A stretch of DNA of 63,325 nt, filler included, from Actinomycetota bacterium (GTDB lineage: Bacteria; Actinomycetota; CADDZG01; JAHWKV01; JAOPZY01): NCBI GenBank assembly GCA_025963875.1. It is 6 parts of 6 records of this genome, joined end to end, with 100 filler letters (N's around TTAATTAATTAA, not from the genome) between each part and the next. Parts side by side here need not be neighbours in the genome. Positions count along the whole stretch, not along the records: positions 1 to 20,282 come from JAOPZY010000077.1; positions 20,383 to 29,925 come from JAOPZY010000193.1; 4 more parts are not named here. One strand, 5' to 3'. The translations under genes and the position numbers were made by a program. Below are positions 17,337 to 28,450 of the stretch, in pieces (position 1 is the first letter of the stretch; each line of letters starts with the position of its first letter). The notes beneath the pieces are model-generated. The model saw only the letters and a list, made by a program, of their open reading frames with translations. It did not search any database and was not told the DNA's origin.

Positions 17337-18541
17337 CAGGTCGGGGCGGCCTTGCCGGGGCCCTCGAGAAGCTGAGCGAGGGCGGCGGGGCCGTGCACGA
17401 GGCCATGGCCGAACTTCTGGGGGTCGCCAGGGCACGCCGTGGCGGTCGAGAGGATGGCTGCCTCGACCTCGTCGACGGTGGCATCGGGCTTCCTCTGGAA
17501 CAGGAGCGCGGCGAGGCCCGCAACGTGCGGCGTGGCCATGGAGGATCCATCCATTATCTCCGCCCCCCCACCGGGCACGGCCGAGGTGATCCCTAACCCG
17601 GGGGCGACGACGTCGGGCTTGACGGGGCCACCGTTGGCGGGACCGTAGCTCGAGAAATACGCCACCTGGCCGTCGTTGTCAACGGCACCGACCGCGATGG
17701 AGTTCGGGTAGTTGGCGGGAGAGCGGGTGGGGTGGCCGGGGGCCGCGCCCTCGTTGCCGACCGCCACGATCGGAAGGATGCCCCCCGCGCGCAGCCGGTC
17801 CATCACGGTCACGAGGAAGGGGTTGTAGCCCTTGACGCCCAGGGAGCTGCTGAGCACGCGGACTCCCTGGCCGAGCGCCCAGTCCATGCCCGCGAGGATT
17901 TGGACCAGCGGATCCGGGTACTCGATGACCCGGCTGCAATGCAGGTCGGCGTCGGGCGCGACGCCGATCTTGTAGCCGTTGATCTCATTCCCGGCAATGG
18001 TCCCCGCGGTATGGGTTCCGTGGGTCCCGGAGTCGTACGCTTGCTTCCCCGGGATGGGATTGCCCTGGTTGTCGAACTCGACGAAGGCGACCACCCGGCC
18101 CGCCAGCGCCGGATGGGTGGCGTCCACGCCGGTGTCGAGGTGGGCCACCCCCACCCCCTTCCCCGTCAGGCCCTGGCTCCAGAGATCGGGGATGCCGATG
18201 GCCTCCAGTCCCCAGTCGAGCCCGGGCGCGGGCGTCGCCGGCACCGACGCCGTCGGCGCAACCAGCTCCAGCTGGGCCGGCGGATGCACCTCCCTCACGT
18301 CGTCCCTGGCGTCGAGGTCCTGGGCGCCTGCCGGGTCCACGTAACCGATCACCAGTTCGAGGCGCTTGAGGTAGACCGGACCGCCGGCCGCGCCGGCGGC
18401 GAGATCGGCCCCCTCCCGGCGGCTGAAGTGCCCGAGGATGGGGCGATCGCCGCCGGTAACGGGGCCGTGCTTGTGATGGAGGACGACGAGCGCCCGCGCC
18501 TGCCCGCTGGCGTCGAGCTGTTGCTGGATCCCTGGGTGCAT
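17336..18541 (-). CDS. S8 subtilisin-like serine protease without a signal peptide
   Basis: Triad motifs HLDTGVD, HGTHTAGTI, DGSSMATPHVAG; oxyanion AVGNEG. Confidence 0.95.
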   Translation of the reverse strand: MHPGIQQQLDASGQARALVVLHHKHGPVTGGDRPILGHFSRREGADLAAGAAGGPVYLKRLELVIGYVDPAGAQDLDARDDVREVHPPAQLELVAPTASVPATPAPGLDWGLEAIGIPDLWSQGLTGKGVGVAHLDTGVDATHPALAGRVVAFVEFDNQGNPIPGKQAYDSGTHGTHTAGTIAGNEINGYKIGVAPDADLHCSRVIEYPDPLVQILAGMDWALGQGVRVLSSSLGVKGYNPFLVTVMDRLRAGGILPIVAVGNEGAAPGHPTRSPANYPNSIAVGAVDNDGQVAYFSSYGPANGGPVKPDVVAPGLGITSAVPGGGAEIMDGSSMATPHVAGLAALLFQRKPDATVDEVEAAILSTATACPGDPQKFGHGLVHGPAALAQLLEGPGKAAPT

Positions 18542-18549
18542 GGGGCCTC

Positions 18550-19407
18550 CTAACGGGCGCCCGGCTCAGCGCCTGCCTCACCGCCGGTCCGTGGTCGTGC
18601 ACCGGAAGCGACGAAGCCGAGCAGGAGCACGAAGGCATCCGGGTCGTTGCGGAACTGCTCGTAGGCCACCTTGGCCTGCACGTAGTCGGTCAGTGCGACG
18701 CAGCCGGCCGTCACCGCCGGGAACAGGTGGCCGGGATCCAGGTGATGCGCGAAGGCGTCGAGCCCGAGCTCGTCGGAGTGGTACACGAAGGCGTCGAGCC
18801 GGACCTCCGTGAAGCCGGCCTGCCGGAGCGTGCGCCACAGGCGGCGGGCGATCAGGCGGTTGCCTCCGGGGTCGGTCCCCCGGCGGCCCGCCCGCGCGTA
18901 GAGCTCATCGAGACCCCCGATCCGCGGCTGCACCAGCCCCCAGACGCCCATGTCGACCTCGATGACCGCCGCGACACCGCCCGGCCGCAGGAGGCGGCGG
19001 ATCTCGCCGGCGGCGGCACCCGGATCGCGGAGGTGCTGGAGCACGAACCGGGCGATGGCGAAGTCGAACTGATCCGGGTCGAGAGACCGATCCGCGATCG
19101 ACGTGGCCAGCAGGCGGCAGCGACCGGGCGCGACGCGGCGCAGCCTCCGCCGCGCCAGGTGGAGGAAATCGTCCCGCACGTCGGTCGCCGTGACCCGGGC
19201 GGAGGGGAACGCCGTCAGGAGGCGCTCCGTGAAGAACCCAGGTCCGCAGCCGACCTCCAGCACGCCCATCCCGTCGCCCAGCCCGATGGCTCGGAGGAGG
19301 CGTTCCTCCTGCGGCCAGCTCACCTGCACCTGCGCCTCCAGGCGGGCGAGCTCGGCGGTCACGCCGAGGTACCCCCGCTCGGGGTCGTAGAAGCCGGCAG
19401 GCTGCAT
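18550..19407 (-). CDS. Class I SAM-dependent methyltransferase
   Basis: VLEVGCGPG, FDFAIARFVLQHL, LLRPGG. Confidence 0.92.
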   Translation of the reverse strand: MQPAGFYDPERGYLGVTAELARLEAQVQVSWPQEERLLRAIGLGDGMGVLEVGCGPGFFTERLLTAFPSARVTATDVRDDFLHLARRRLRRVAPGRCRLLATSIADRSLDPDQFDFAIARFVLQHLRDPGAAAGEIRRLLRPGGVAAVIEVDMGVWGLVQPRIGGLDELYARAGRRGTDPGGNRLIARRLWRTLRQAGFTEVRLDAFVYHSDELGLDAFAHHLDPGHLFPAVTAGCVALTDYVQAKVAYEQFRNDPDAFVLLLGFVASGARPRTGGEAGAEPGAR

Positions 19408-19410
19408 CGC

Positions 19411-20282
19411 CTACGCCCGGGGCGAGCGGGACGCGACGGTCATCGGCATGCCGCCTGCCGGCCGCAGGGTCACCAGGGCTTCGCACCGGACGGAGTGGCC
19501 GGAGCGCGAGCGCAGGTCGAACCTCCGGACGATGGCCGCGAGCACGACCACGGTCTCCACCATAGCAAAGGAGCGGCCGATGCAGCTCCGGGGACCACCG
19601 CTGAAGGGAAAGAACGTGTACGGCTCCCGGTCCCGCCGGCGGGGGTCGAATCGGTCGGGGTCGAACAGCAACGGTCGCGGCCAGTAGGCCGCGTGGCGGT
19701 GCAGCGTGTAGGGACTGACGATGACGAGCGTGCCGGCCGGGATGCGGCAACCATCCACCGCCTCGTCCCGGACGCAGCGCCGTGACATGAGCCACACGGG
19801 CGGGAAGAGGCGCATCGACTCCTGCAGGACCATCCGTGCGTAGCCGAGACCCTCGATGCATGCCGGCGTCACGGGACCCTCGCCGACCACCCGGTCCACC
19901 TCCCGGCGGAGGCGTGCCAGCACGCTCGGGTGGCGGTCGAGCAGGTACAACGTCCACGTCAGCGCCTTGGCGGTGGTCTCGTGGCCCGCCATCAGGTAGG
20001 TGAAGATCTGGTCCCGGATGCCCGGGGGCGACCCGCTGCGGCCCCCGGCCCCACCAGGCCAGCCCGGGCTACCCGCTGCGGCCCAGGCGTGGGCGGCCAG
20101 GAGCCTGGCCAGCAGGTCGTTCCCGCCGCCGAGCAGCCGCCGCTCGAGCAGGATCCGCTGGACGATCCGCTCGACGGTCAGCGACGCTGCCTCGAACCCG
20201 GCCCGGCGGACCCTGTCCCCGGAGTCGTAGTACGCCATGTAATCGTTCATGCAGGCGATGGCGGCCCCGACGTCGGCTCCCT
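19411..20282 (-). CDS. Cytochrome P450, 5'-partial at the contig end
   Basis: I-helix AGHETTA, ExxR ESMRLFPP, FDPDRF, heme motif FSGGPRSCIG. Confidence 0.95.
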
Positions 20283-20382
20283 NNNNNNNNNNNNNNNNNN
20301 NNNNNNNNNNNNNNNNNNNNNNNNNNTTAATTAATTAANNNNNNNNNNNNNNNNNNNNNNNNNNNNNNNNNNNNNNNNNNNN
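20283..20382. other. Artificial contig linker
   Basis: 44 N + TTAATTAATTAA + 44 N. Confidence 0.99.
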
Positions 20383-22296
<1,914 letters not shown>

Positions 22297-22334
22297 GGCG
22301 CCATTCTGACAGGGGACCGCCGATCGGCCCGCCC

Positions 22335-22823
22335 TCAGTGCCCGGCCATCCAGGCGGCCGCAATCCCCGCGAAGACCAGCCCGAGCAACGAGGCGGCCAG
22401 CACGGCACCGCCGTGGCGGGGGGCGGCGAGCAGTTCGCCCAAGGTCAGGCCCAGGACGGTCGTCGCGGCGGCAATCGCCATGAAGCCGCGGTGGCGGTGG
22501 CCCTGTGCCCCCCAGGCGACCGCCTTGCCCACGGCCAGCCCAATGAGGATAGCCGGAATAATCCCGAAGAACCCGATATGGGCAATAGTAACGACAGCTC
22601 CCAGGGCCGTCGCTACTACAAGCCCCGCCGCCGAGGCCATGACGTAGTGCCTCGGCTTGCCGAGCGCTCGGGCGTGCAGGGAGATCCGTGCACACGAGGG
22701 GCATTTCATCCCGACCGGCGTCTCCCGCATGCAGTCCGTGCAGATCGGCTCGCCACACGCCGCGCAGGCCACCCGGGTCTCGCGCCTCGGATGGTTGACG
22801 CAGTGTCGCAGCAATTGCGCCAT
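22335..22823 (-). CDS. Membrane protein with an N-terminal B-box-like zinc finger
   Basis: C..HP..ET...C..CG.PIC.DCM...PVG..CP.C followed by four hydrophobic helices. Confidence 0.8.
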   Translation of the reverse strand: MAQLLRHCVNHPRRETRVACAACGEPICTDCMRETPVGMKCPSCARISLHARALGKPRHYVMASAAGLVVATALGAVVTIAHIGFFGIIPAILIGLAVGKAVAWGAQGHRHRGFMAIAAATTVLGLTLGELLAAPRHGGAVLAASLLGLVFAGIAAAWMAGH

Positions 22824-22950
22824 GCCGATCAGGGTATCCCGAAGACATGGGGGCTCTCTGAGTCCTCAGGCCCAAGCCTCGGGCCCGGGCCGCGACATAT
22901 GCTTTGGGGTCGAGGGAATTCCGGAGACGACGAGGGAGTTACAGCCAGGT

Positions 22951-23916
22951 ATGGAGGGCGAACACCGCAAGGTCATCATCATCGGAGCCGGGCCGGCCGG
23001 GCTGACGGCTGCGCTCTATTCGGCGCGCGCCAACCTGAGCCCGCTGGTCATCGAAGGTTTCGACGCGGGCGGGCAGCTCATGATCACGAGCGACGTCGAG
23101 AACTACCCAGGCTTTCCCGACGGGGTGATGGGCCCCGACCTCATGGCCCTCTTCCGCAAGCAGGCCGAGCGCTTCGGGGCCACGTTCATCACCGACGACG
23201 CCTCGGGTGTCGACTTCTCGGAGCGCCCGTTCAAGGTCCAGGTCCGCAAGGACGTCTTCAGTGCCGAGGCGGTGATCATCGCCACCGGTGCCAAGGCGAA
23301 GATGCTCGGACTGACGTCGGAGCAGCGCCTGCTCGGCCGGGGGGTCTCCACCTGCGCCACGTGCGACGGGGCCTTCTTCAAGAACCAGGATCTGCTCGTC
23401 GTCGGGGGCGGCGACTCGGCGATCGAGGAGGCGCTGTTCCTCCAGCGCTTCGCCTCGAAGCTGTCGGTCATCCACCGCCGCGACCAGCTCCGCGCCTCGA
23501 AGATCATGCAGGACCGGGCGATGGCGAGCGACAAGATCTCGTTTGTGTGGAACTCCACCGTCGACGAGGTCCTCGGGGATCACAAGGTCGAGGGCGCTCG
23601 CCTGCGCAACCTTCAGACCGGCGAGCTGACCGACATCCCGGCCGGCGGCCTTTTCGTCGCCATCGGCCACACTCCCAACAGCTCGCTGTTCCAGGGCAAG
23701 CTCCAGCTCGACCCCGCCGGGTACATCGTGGTGGGCAAGGGCCTCAGCGCCGATTGGGACCCCGAGTCGCCGTACGAGACGCGCACGAGCGTCGAGGGGG
23801 TCTTCGCAGCGGGGGATGTCGTCGACCACACCTACCGCCAGGCGATCACCGCCTCGGGGACCGGGTGCATGGCCTCGATCGACGCCGAGCGCTGGCTGGA
23901 ATCAAAAGGACACTGA
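22951..23916 (+). CDS. trxB: Thioredoxin-disulfide reductase
   Basis: GAGPAG, VENYPGF, CATCDG, GGGDSA.EEA, YRQAITA. Confidence 0.96.
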   Translation: MEGEHRKVIIIGAGPAGLTAALYSARANLSPLVIEGFDAGGQLMITSDVENYPGFPDGVMGPDLMALFRKQAERFGATFITDDASGVDFSERPFKVQVRKDVFSAEAVIIATGAKAKMLGLTSEQRLLGRGVSTCATCDGAFFKNQDLLVVGGGDSAIEEALFLQRFASKLSVIHRRDQLRASKIMQDRAMASDKISFVWNSTVDEVLGDHKVEGARLRNLQTGELTDIPAGGLFVAIGHTPNSSLFQGKLQLDPAGYIVVGKGLSADWDPESPYETRTSVEGVFAAGDVVDHTYRQAITASGTGCMASIDAERWLESKGH

Positions 23917-23948
23917 AGCAACCGGGCAACCAATTGGAAAGGGGTCAC

Positions 23949-24272
23949 ATGGGCGACATCACCGAGATCACGGACCACAACTTCGAGGCCGACGTCCTGC
24001 AGTCGCCAACCCCCGTGCTCGTGGACTTCTGGGCCGAGTGGTGTGGGCCTTGCCACTTCGTGCGTCCCGAAGTCGAGGCAGTGGCCGTTGAGCTCGGCGA
24101 GCGGCTGAAGGTCGTCAGCCTCGACATCGACGCCAACCCCCAGGCCACCGCCCGTTACGGCGTCATGTCGATCCCGACGCTGCTCCTGTTCGCCGGCGGC
24201 GAGGAGAAGGCTCGCATCGTCGGCGCCCGCAGGCGGGACGCGATCTCCGCTCAGCTCACGCCGCACCTCTAA
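23949..24272 (+). CDS. trxA: Thioredoxin
   Basis: VDFWAEWCGPC, SIPTL, 107 aa. Confidence 0.96.
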   Translation: MGDITEITDHNFEADVLQSPTPVLVDFWAEWCGPCHFVRPEVEAVAVELGERLKVVSLDIDANPQATARYGVMSIPTLLLFAGGEEKARIVGARRRDAISAQLTPHL

Positions 24273-24326
24273 GTGCCCGGGCGCCAATCGCGCCCCCCGA
24301 GGCCGCAGCGGACTAGGCTTCTCCCA

Positions 24327-25406
24327 ATGCGTCTGATCCGCCGGGGAGAGCGCTCGAACGCGGTCCAGGACCTCCAGGCCCGTTTGGAGCGCCTGGGGAT
24401 CGATATCGCCCCCCAGGAACTGGGAGGCGACTTCGGTCCGGCCACTGAGATGGCCGTGCGCGCCTTCCAACAGTCGCGGGGTCTCGACGTCGACGGGATC
24501 GTCGGCGACAACACCTGGCGCGTGCTGGTCGAGAGCTCGTGGTCGCTCGGCGATCGAATCCTGCGCCTGGAGGAACCCAACCTGCGGGGCGATGACGTCC
24601 GGGACCTGCAGTCCCGCCTCAATGCTCTGGGATTCGCGGCCGGCAAGCACGATGGCATCTACGGCCGCGCCACCGCCGCAGCACTGATGGACTTCCAGCG
24701 CAACCTCGGGATCTCCGATGACGGACTTATTGGTCTTGAGACATTAAAGGCTTTCCGTCGCCTCCGCTTGGTCACCCGAACCGGGCTGGGTCCCCGAACC
24801 CGGGAGCGCGAAGCCCGGCGGTCTGGCCCTCCGGGTGTGGCCGGCAAACGATTGGTGCTCGACCCCGGCCACGGAGGCGACGATCCTGGGGGCCGCGGGC
24901 CGTCCGGCGAGACGGAGGCCGACCTGGTGTTCCCCCTGGCGACGCAGCTGGCGGGGCGATTGGAGGCCGAGGGCGCCGAGGTGACCCTCACGAGGGGGCC
25001 CCACGACGGCCCGACTGATTCCGAACGTGCCCGGCGCGCCAACGAGGCTGCGGCCGACCTCTTGATCTCGCTGCACCTCAACGCCCATCCCAACGAGATG
25101 GCCCAGGGGGCGGCAACCTACTACTGGGAGCACGGAGGCATCGCCTCGGAGCCTGGTGAGCACCTTGCGGATCTCCTGCAGGATCACCTGGTCCGGTGCG
25201 GCCTGGTGGACTGCCGCTCCCACGGCAAGGCCTACCCGATCCTGCGGGAGACGCGGATGCCGGCGGTGGTCGTGGAGCCCGGGTTCATCACCAACCCTGA
25301 CGAGGCCAAGATGCTCTCGGCTCCCCGTACGGCCGAACCAATCGTCCTGGCCATGGTGCGGGCCGTCGGGACCTACTTCGGGGTGGCCGGGCCGGCGATC
25401 AGTTGA
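24327..25406 (+). CDS. N-acetylmuramoyl-L-alanine amidase with two peptidoglycan-binding domains (CwlM-like position)
   Basis: AVRAFQQSRGLDVDGIVG, LDPGHGG, ISLHLNA, MPAVVVEPGFITN; lies between trxA and parB. Confidence 0.92.
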   Translation: MRLIRRGERSNAVQDLQARLERLGIDIAPQELGGDFGPATEMAVRAFQQSRGLDVDGIVGDNTWRVLVESSWSLGDRILRLEEPNLRGDDVRDLQSRLNALGFAAGKHDGIYGRATAAALMDFQRNLGISDDGLIGLETLKAFRRLRLVTRTGLGPRTREREARRSGPPGVAGKRLVLDPGHGGDDPGGRGPSGETEADLVFPLATQLAGRLEAEGAEVTLTRGPHDGPTDSERARRANEAAADLLISLHLNAHPNEMAQGAATYYWEHGGIASEPGEHLADLLQDHLVRCGLVDCRSHGKAYPILRETRMPAVVVEPGFITNPDEAKMLSAPRTAEPIVLAMVRAVGTYFGVAGPAIS

Positions 25407-25425
25407 ACCGGTCCCCAGCCAAACC

Positions 25426-25473
25426 GAGGTTGGTCCGCAATCGCGCGTATCCGCGCGAAACCGGACTAACTTC
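25426..25473. repeat. REP-like palindromic element, copy 2
   Basis: GAGGTTGGTCCG-caa-TCGCGCG-TATC-CGCGCGA-aac-CGGACTAACTTC; shares the core hairpin and the GACTAACTTC tail with 5930-5976. Confidence 0.7.
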
Positions 25474-25497
25474 TGTGAAGGCCGCAGTGGATTCCGG

Positions 25498-26457
25498 TTA
25501 GATCTCCGGGTAGGGGACGTCCTCGCCGAAGGGGCCTACAGGGGCGGAGGCGGATACGGACGGTAGGGAGTCGGGGTCGACCAGTTCTGGGCCCTGGCCG
25601 GCTTCCGGGCCATCGGTACGGCGCAGGAGCCCCTGGCAGACGCGCTGGAGGTCGTCGCGGGACCCGCACTCGATCACCACGTGGCCCTTGCGCTTTCCCA
25701 TGGTGACCCGGACCCTGGTCTGGAGGGCCTCCGAGAGGGCTTCGCCCATGTCGTCGAGCGTCGCGGGCCGGGCCCTCGGCACGCTGGGGGTGTCGTGCGG
25801 CAGGTTGAGCCGGTAGCCGCGCACGACCTCCTCGGTCTTCCGGACCGACATCCCTTCCGCCGCGACCCGCTGGGCGACGCGCTCGAGCAGCGGATGGCCG
25901 GCCAGGCCGAGCAGCGCGCGGCCATGCCCGGCCGACAGTTTGCGGTCGACGACCAGGCGCTGGACCGAAGGAGGGAGGTCGAGGAGCCGCAGGGCGTTGG
26001 TCACCGTCGGCCGCGAGAGGCCCAGGCGCTCGGCGAGGTCCTCGTGCGTCAGGCCGGCTTCGTCGATGAGCTGCTGGTAGGCGGCGGCCTCCTCGACGGC
26101 GTTCAGATCCTGGCGGTGGACGTTCTCGACCAGCGCCCGCTCGAGGGCCCCCTGCTCGTCGGTCTCGATCACGAGCGCCGGGATCAGCGCCAGGCCGGCA
26201 CGCCGGGCAGCCCGCCAGCGGCGCTCGCCGACGACGAGCTGGTACGTCCCGTCGCCTGCGGGGCGGACCACCACCGGCTGCAGGATTCCGACCTGGCGGA
26301 TGGAGGCGGCAAGGTCGCTGATAGCCTCGTCGTCGAAGGTCTGGCGGGGCTGGCGCGGGTTCGGGACGACCGAGGACGTGGGAAGCTCCTCCATCACGCT
26401 CGCGCCGGTGGGGATCAGCGCTCCGAGACCTCGGCCCAGGCCGGTCCGTCCAGTCAT
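25498..26457 (-). CDS. parB: Chromosome partitioning protein ParB
   Basis: GLGRGLGALIP, PNPRQPR, GERRWRAA, ALVENVHRQDLN, HTH SRPTVTNALRLL. Confidence 0.96.
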   Translation of the reverse strand: MTGRTGLGRGLGALIPTGASVMEELPTSSVVPNPRQPRQTFDDEAISDLAASIRQVGILQPVVVRPAGDGTYQLVVGERRWRAARRAGLALIPALVIETDEQGALERALVENVHRQDLNAVEEAAAYQQLIDEAGLTHEDLAERLGLSRPTVTNALRLLDLPPSVQRLVVDRKLSAGHGRALLGLAGHPLLERVAQRVAAEGMSVRKTEEVVRGYRLNLPHDTPSVPRARPATLDDMGEALSEALQTRVRVTMGKRKGHVVIECGSRDDLQRVCQGLLRRTDGPEAGQGPELVDPDSLPSVSASAPVGPFGEDVPYPEI

Positions 26458-27587
26458 GCGTCTCCTCCTCGTTCGTGGTCGCCGTCGTAATGGTGGGCGT
26501 ACGCCGTCGATGCTTCCGGCGGGGCTTCGTCGGGTGCCGGGTGCGGATCCTCCGCAGGCGTTGGCCCGTCGTCAGGGCGTGGCTCGGACTCGTCCTCAGG
26601 AAGGAAGGACGTCCGGAACGAGGTCCGGGAGGCCTCGAACTCCTCCGTGGCCTTGGCGAGGGTATCCATTGGAGCGTCGGCCGGGCCTTCTGCCGGTGGG
26701 GCAGCGACGGCGGACCTCGCCGGCTCCACGGAGGTGGGGGCGAGGGCGGGGCTTTTCGCCGACGGGTCCGGTTTCCCCAACACCTCCAACGCAAGGTGCC
26801 GGTAGGCCTGCGCTCCCTTCGACTTCGGGTCGTAGAGGGCGGCAGGCTGCCCGAACGATGGCGCCTCGGCAAGCCGGACGCTTCGGGGGATGACGGACTT
26901 GAAGACCCGTCCCGAGAAATGGCCTCTCACCTGGTTCTCCACTTCCTCCGCCAACTTGGTGCGGGCGTCGTACATCGTGAGGACAATGCCCGCAAGACGC
27001 AGGCCGGCGTTCAGGCTTGAGCGGATCAGCTGGACGTTCTTCAGAAGCTGGCCCACCCCCTCGAGGGCGTAGTACTCGCACTGGATGGGCACCAGGACCT
27101 CGCCGGCGGCGACGAGTGCGTTCACTGTGAGGAGGCCCAGCGACGGCGGGCAGTCGATCAGGATGAAGTCGAACTGCTCAAGGATCGGAGCAAGTGCCCG
27201 CTTGAGTCGCATCTCCCGCGACAGCATGGGGACCATCTCGATCTCCGCCCCGGCGAGGTCGATGTTGGACGGGAGGCAGAACAGCCCCTTGACCGCGGTC
27301 GGCTCGATGGCGTCCTCCACCTGGCGTTCGTCCACGAGGACGTCGTACACGGTGGCAGGAGCCCGTCGGGGGTCCACGCCGACACCAGTCGAGGCGTTTG
27401 CCTGCGGATCCAGGTCGACAATGAGCACCCGGTAGTCCTCGAGCGCCAGCCAACCGCCGAGGTTGACTGCAGTGGTGCTCTTCCCCACACCGCCCTTCTG
27501 GTTCGCGATGGCGATGACCCTCGCGACCCGGGGCGGGGAGGAAGCAGGGGCGGGGATGGGTTGAGGTTCTTCGACGGAGGTCAGCAA
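26454..27587 (-). CDS. parA: ParA/Soj ATPase with a long acidic low-complexity C-terminal tail
   Basis: NQKGGVGKST, DLDPQAN, IDCPPSLG, IPRSVRLAEAPSFG. Confidence 0.96.
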   Translation of the reverse strand: MLTSVEEPQPIPAPASSPPRVARVIAIANQKGGVGKSTTAVNLGGWLALEDYRVLIVDLDPQANASTGVGVDPRRAPATVYDVLVDERQVEDAIEPTAVKGLFCLPSNIDLAGAEIEMVPMLSREMRLKRALAPILEQFDFILIDCPPSLGLLTVNALVAAGEVLVPIQCEYYALEGVGQLLKNVQLIRSSLNAGLRLAGIVLTMYDARTKLAEEVENQVRGHFSGRVFKSVIPRSVRLAEAPSFGQPAALYDPKSKGAQAYRHLALEVLGKPDPSAKSPALAPTSVEPARSAVAAPPAEGPADAPMDTLAKATEEFEASRTSFRTSFLPEDESEPRPDDGPTPAEDPHPAPDEAPPEASTAYAHHYDGDHERGGDA

Positions 27588-27711
27588 GGATCACTCCCGC
27601 GCAAGCTCGGATTGGCTCTCTCGGCCACGGCACGCCAATGATACGCAGCCAGGCAAGCCTCCTACGGATTTGCTACGAACTTAGCGTGAAAATACCGCCC
27701 ACCAGACGCGA

Positions 27712-27727
27712 CGTTTCCCGTGGAACA
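27712..27727. promoter_or_regulatory. parS site 1
   Basis: CGTTTCCCGTGGAACA versus consensus TGTTTCACGTGAAACA, just upstream of parA. Confidence 0.85.
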
Positions 27728-27762
27728 CGACGCGAAGGGCACTGCGAGACGCTGAAAGGTTA

Positions 27763-27778
27763 TGTTTCCCGTGGAACA
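27763..27778. promoter_or_regulatory. parS site 2
   Basis: TGTTTCCCGTGGAACA; part of a 22-bp direct repeat with site 1, period 51 bp. Confidence 0.88.
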
Positions 27779-27802
27779 CGACGCGTTCTTGCTTGGATCC
27801 GG

Positions 27803-28450
27803 CTACTCGTCGGGGGCGATGACCACCCGGCGGTAGGGCTCCTCGCCTTCGCTGAAGCTCGTGACACCCGTAATCTCTCCCACCGCGTCGTGGACGATCT
27901 TGCGCTCGAACGCATTCATCGGCTCCAGCTCCATCTCGCCTTCGTCGAGGGCGCGCGCAGCCATCTCCCGAGCCCGCTCCCGCAGGGCCTCCTTCCGACG
28001 CTCCCGGTACCCCTGCACGTCCAGGGTCACCCACACCCGCGCCCGTACCTGCCGTTGCACGGCACTCCGGAGGAGCTCCTGGATGGCATCGAGCGTCTGC
28101 CCGTGATGCCCGATGAGGATGGCGGCTTCCTGGCCTTCCACCGACACGTACACGCGGCGGTCCCGAATCTCGGCACTGGCTTCGCCATCCACGTCCATAG
28201 CTTCCAGCAGACCCTCGATGAAGTCGAGGGAATCTTCCTGCGCCATGGCGAGGCGGTCCTCTTCGCTCTCCTCTTCGTCTGGCTCGGAATCGACGGCCTC
28301 GCCGGGACCGACAGCCTCGCCCGAAGCGGAAGCGGACAGGGGAATCGAGGCGGGGTCCCCACCATTCTCCGGGAGCGCACCTCCCGCTGCCGGCGTCACC
28401 TCCTCCTCACCGATCACGTGCTCAGTCCCCGCGTCGTCGATGGCGCTCAT
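27803..28450 (-). CDS. jag: Jag/EloR (KhpB) RNA-binding protein, KH + R3H
   Basis: LIGHHGQTLDAIQ (KH), LEPMNAFERKIVHD (R3H), SEGEEPYRRVVI; ATGA overlap with yidC. Confidence 0.93.
   Translation of the reverse strand: MSAIDDAGTEHVIGEEEVTPAAGGALPENGGDPASIPLSASASGEAVGPGEAVDSEPDEEESEEDRLAMAQEDSLDFIEGLLEAMDVDGEASAEIRDRRVYVSVEGQEAAILIGHHGQTLDAIQELLRSAVQRQVRARVWVTLDVQGYRERRKEALRERAREMAARALDEGEMELEPMNAFERKIVHDAVGEITGVTSFSEGEEPYRRVVIAPDE

Noticed and set aside
20283..20382. TTAATTAATTAA palindrome in N runs, five copies
   Set aside because: Artificial six-frame-stop linker; not biological, and adjacency across it means nothing
22338..24272. 644-aa ORF ending in a thioredoxin domain
   Set aside because: Shadow frame over trxB; the real trxA starts at 23949 with its own RBS
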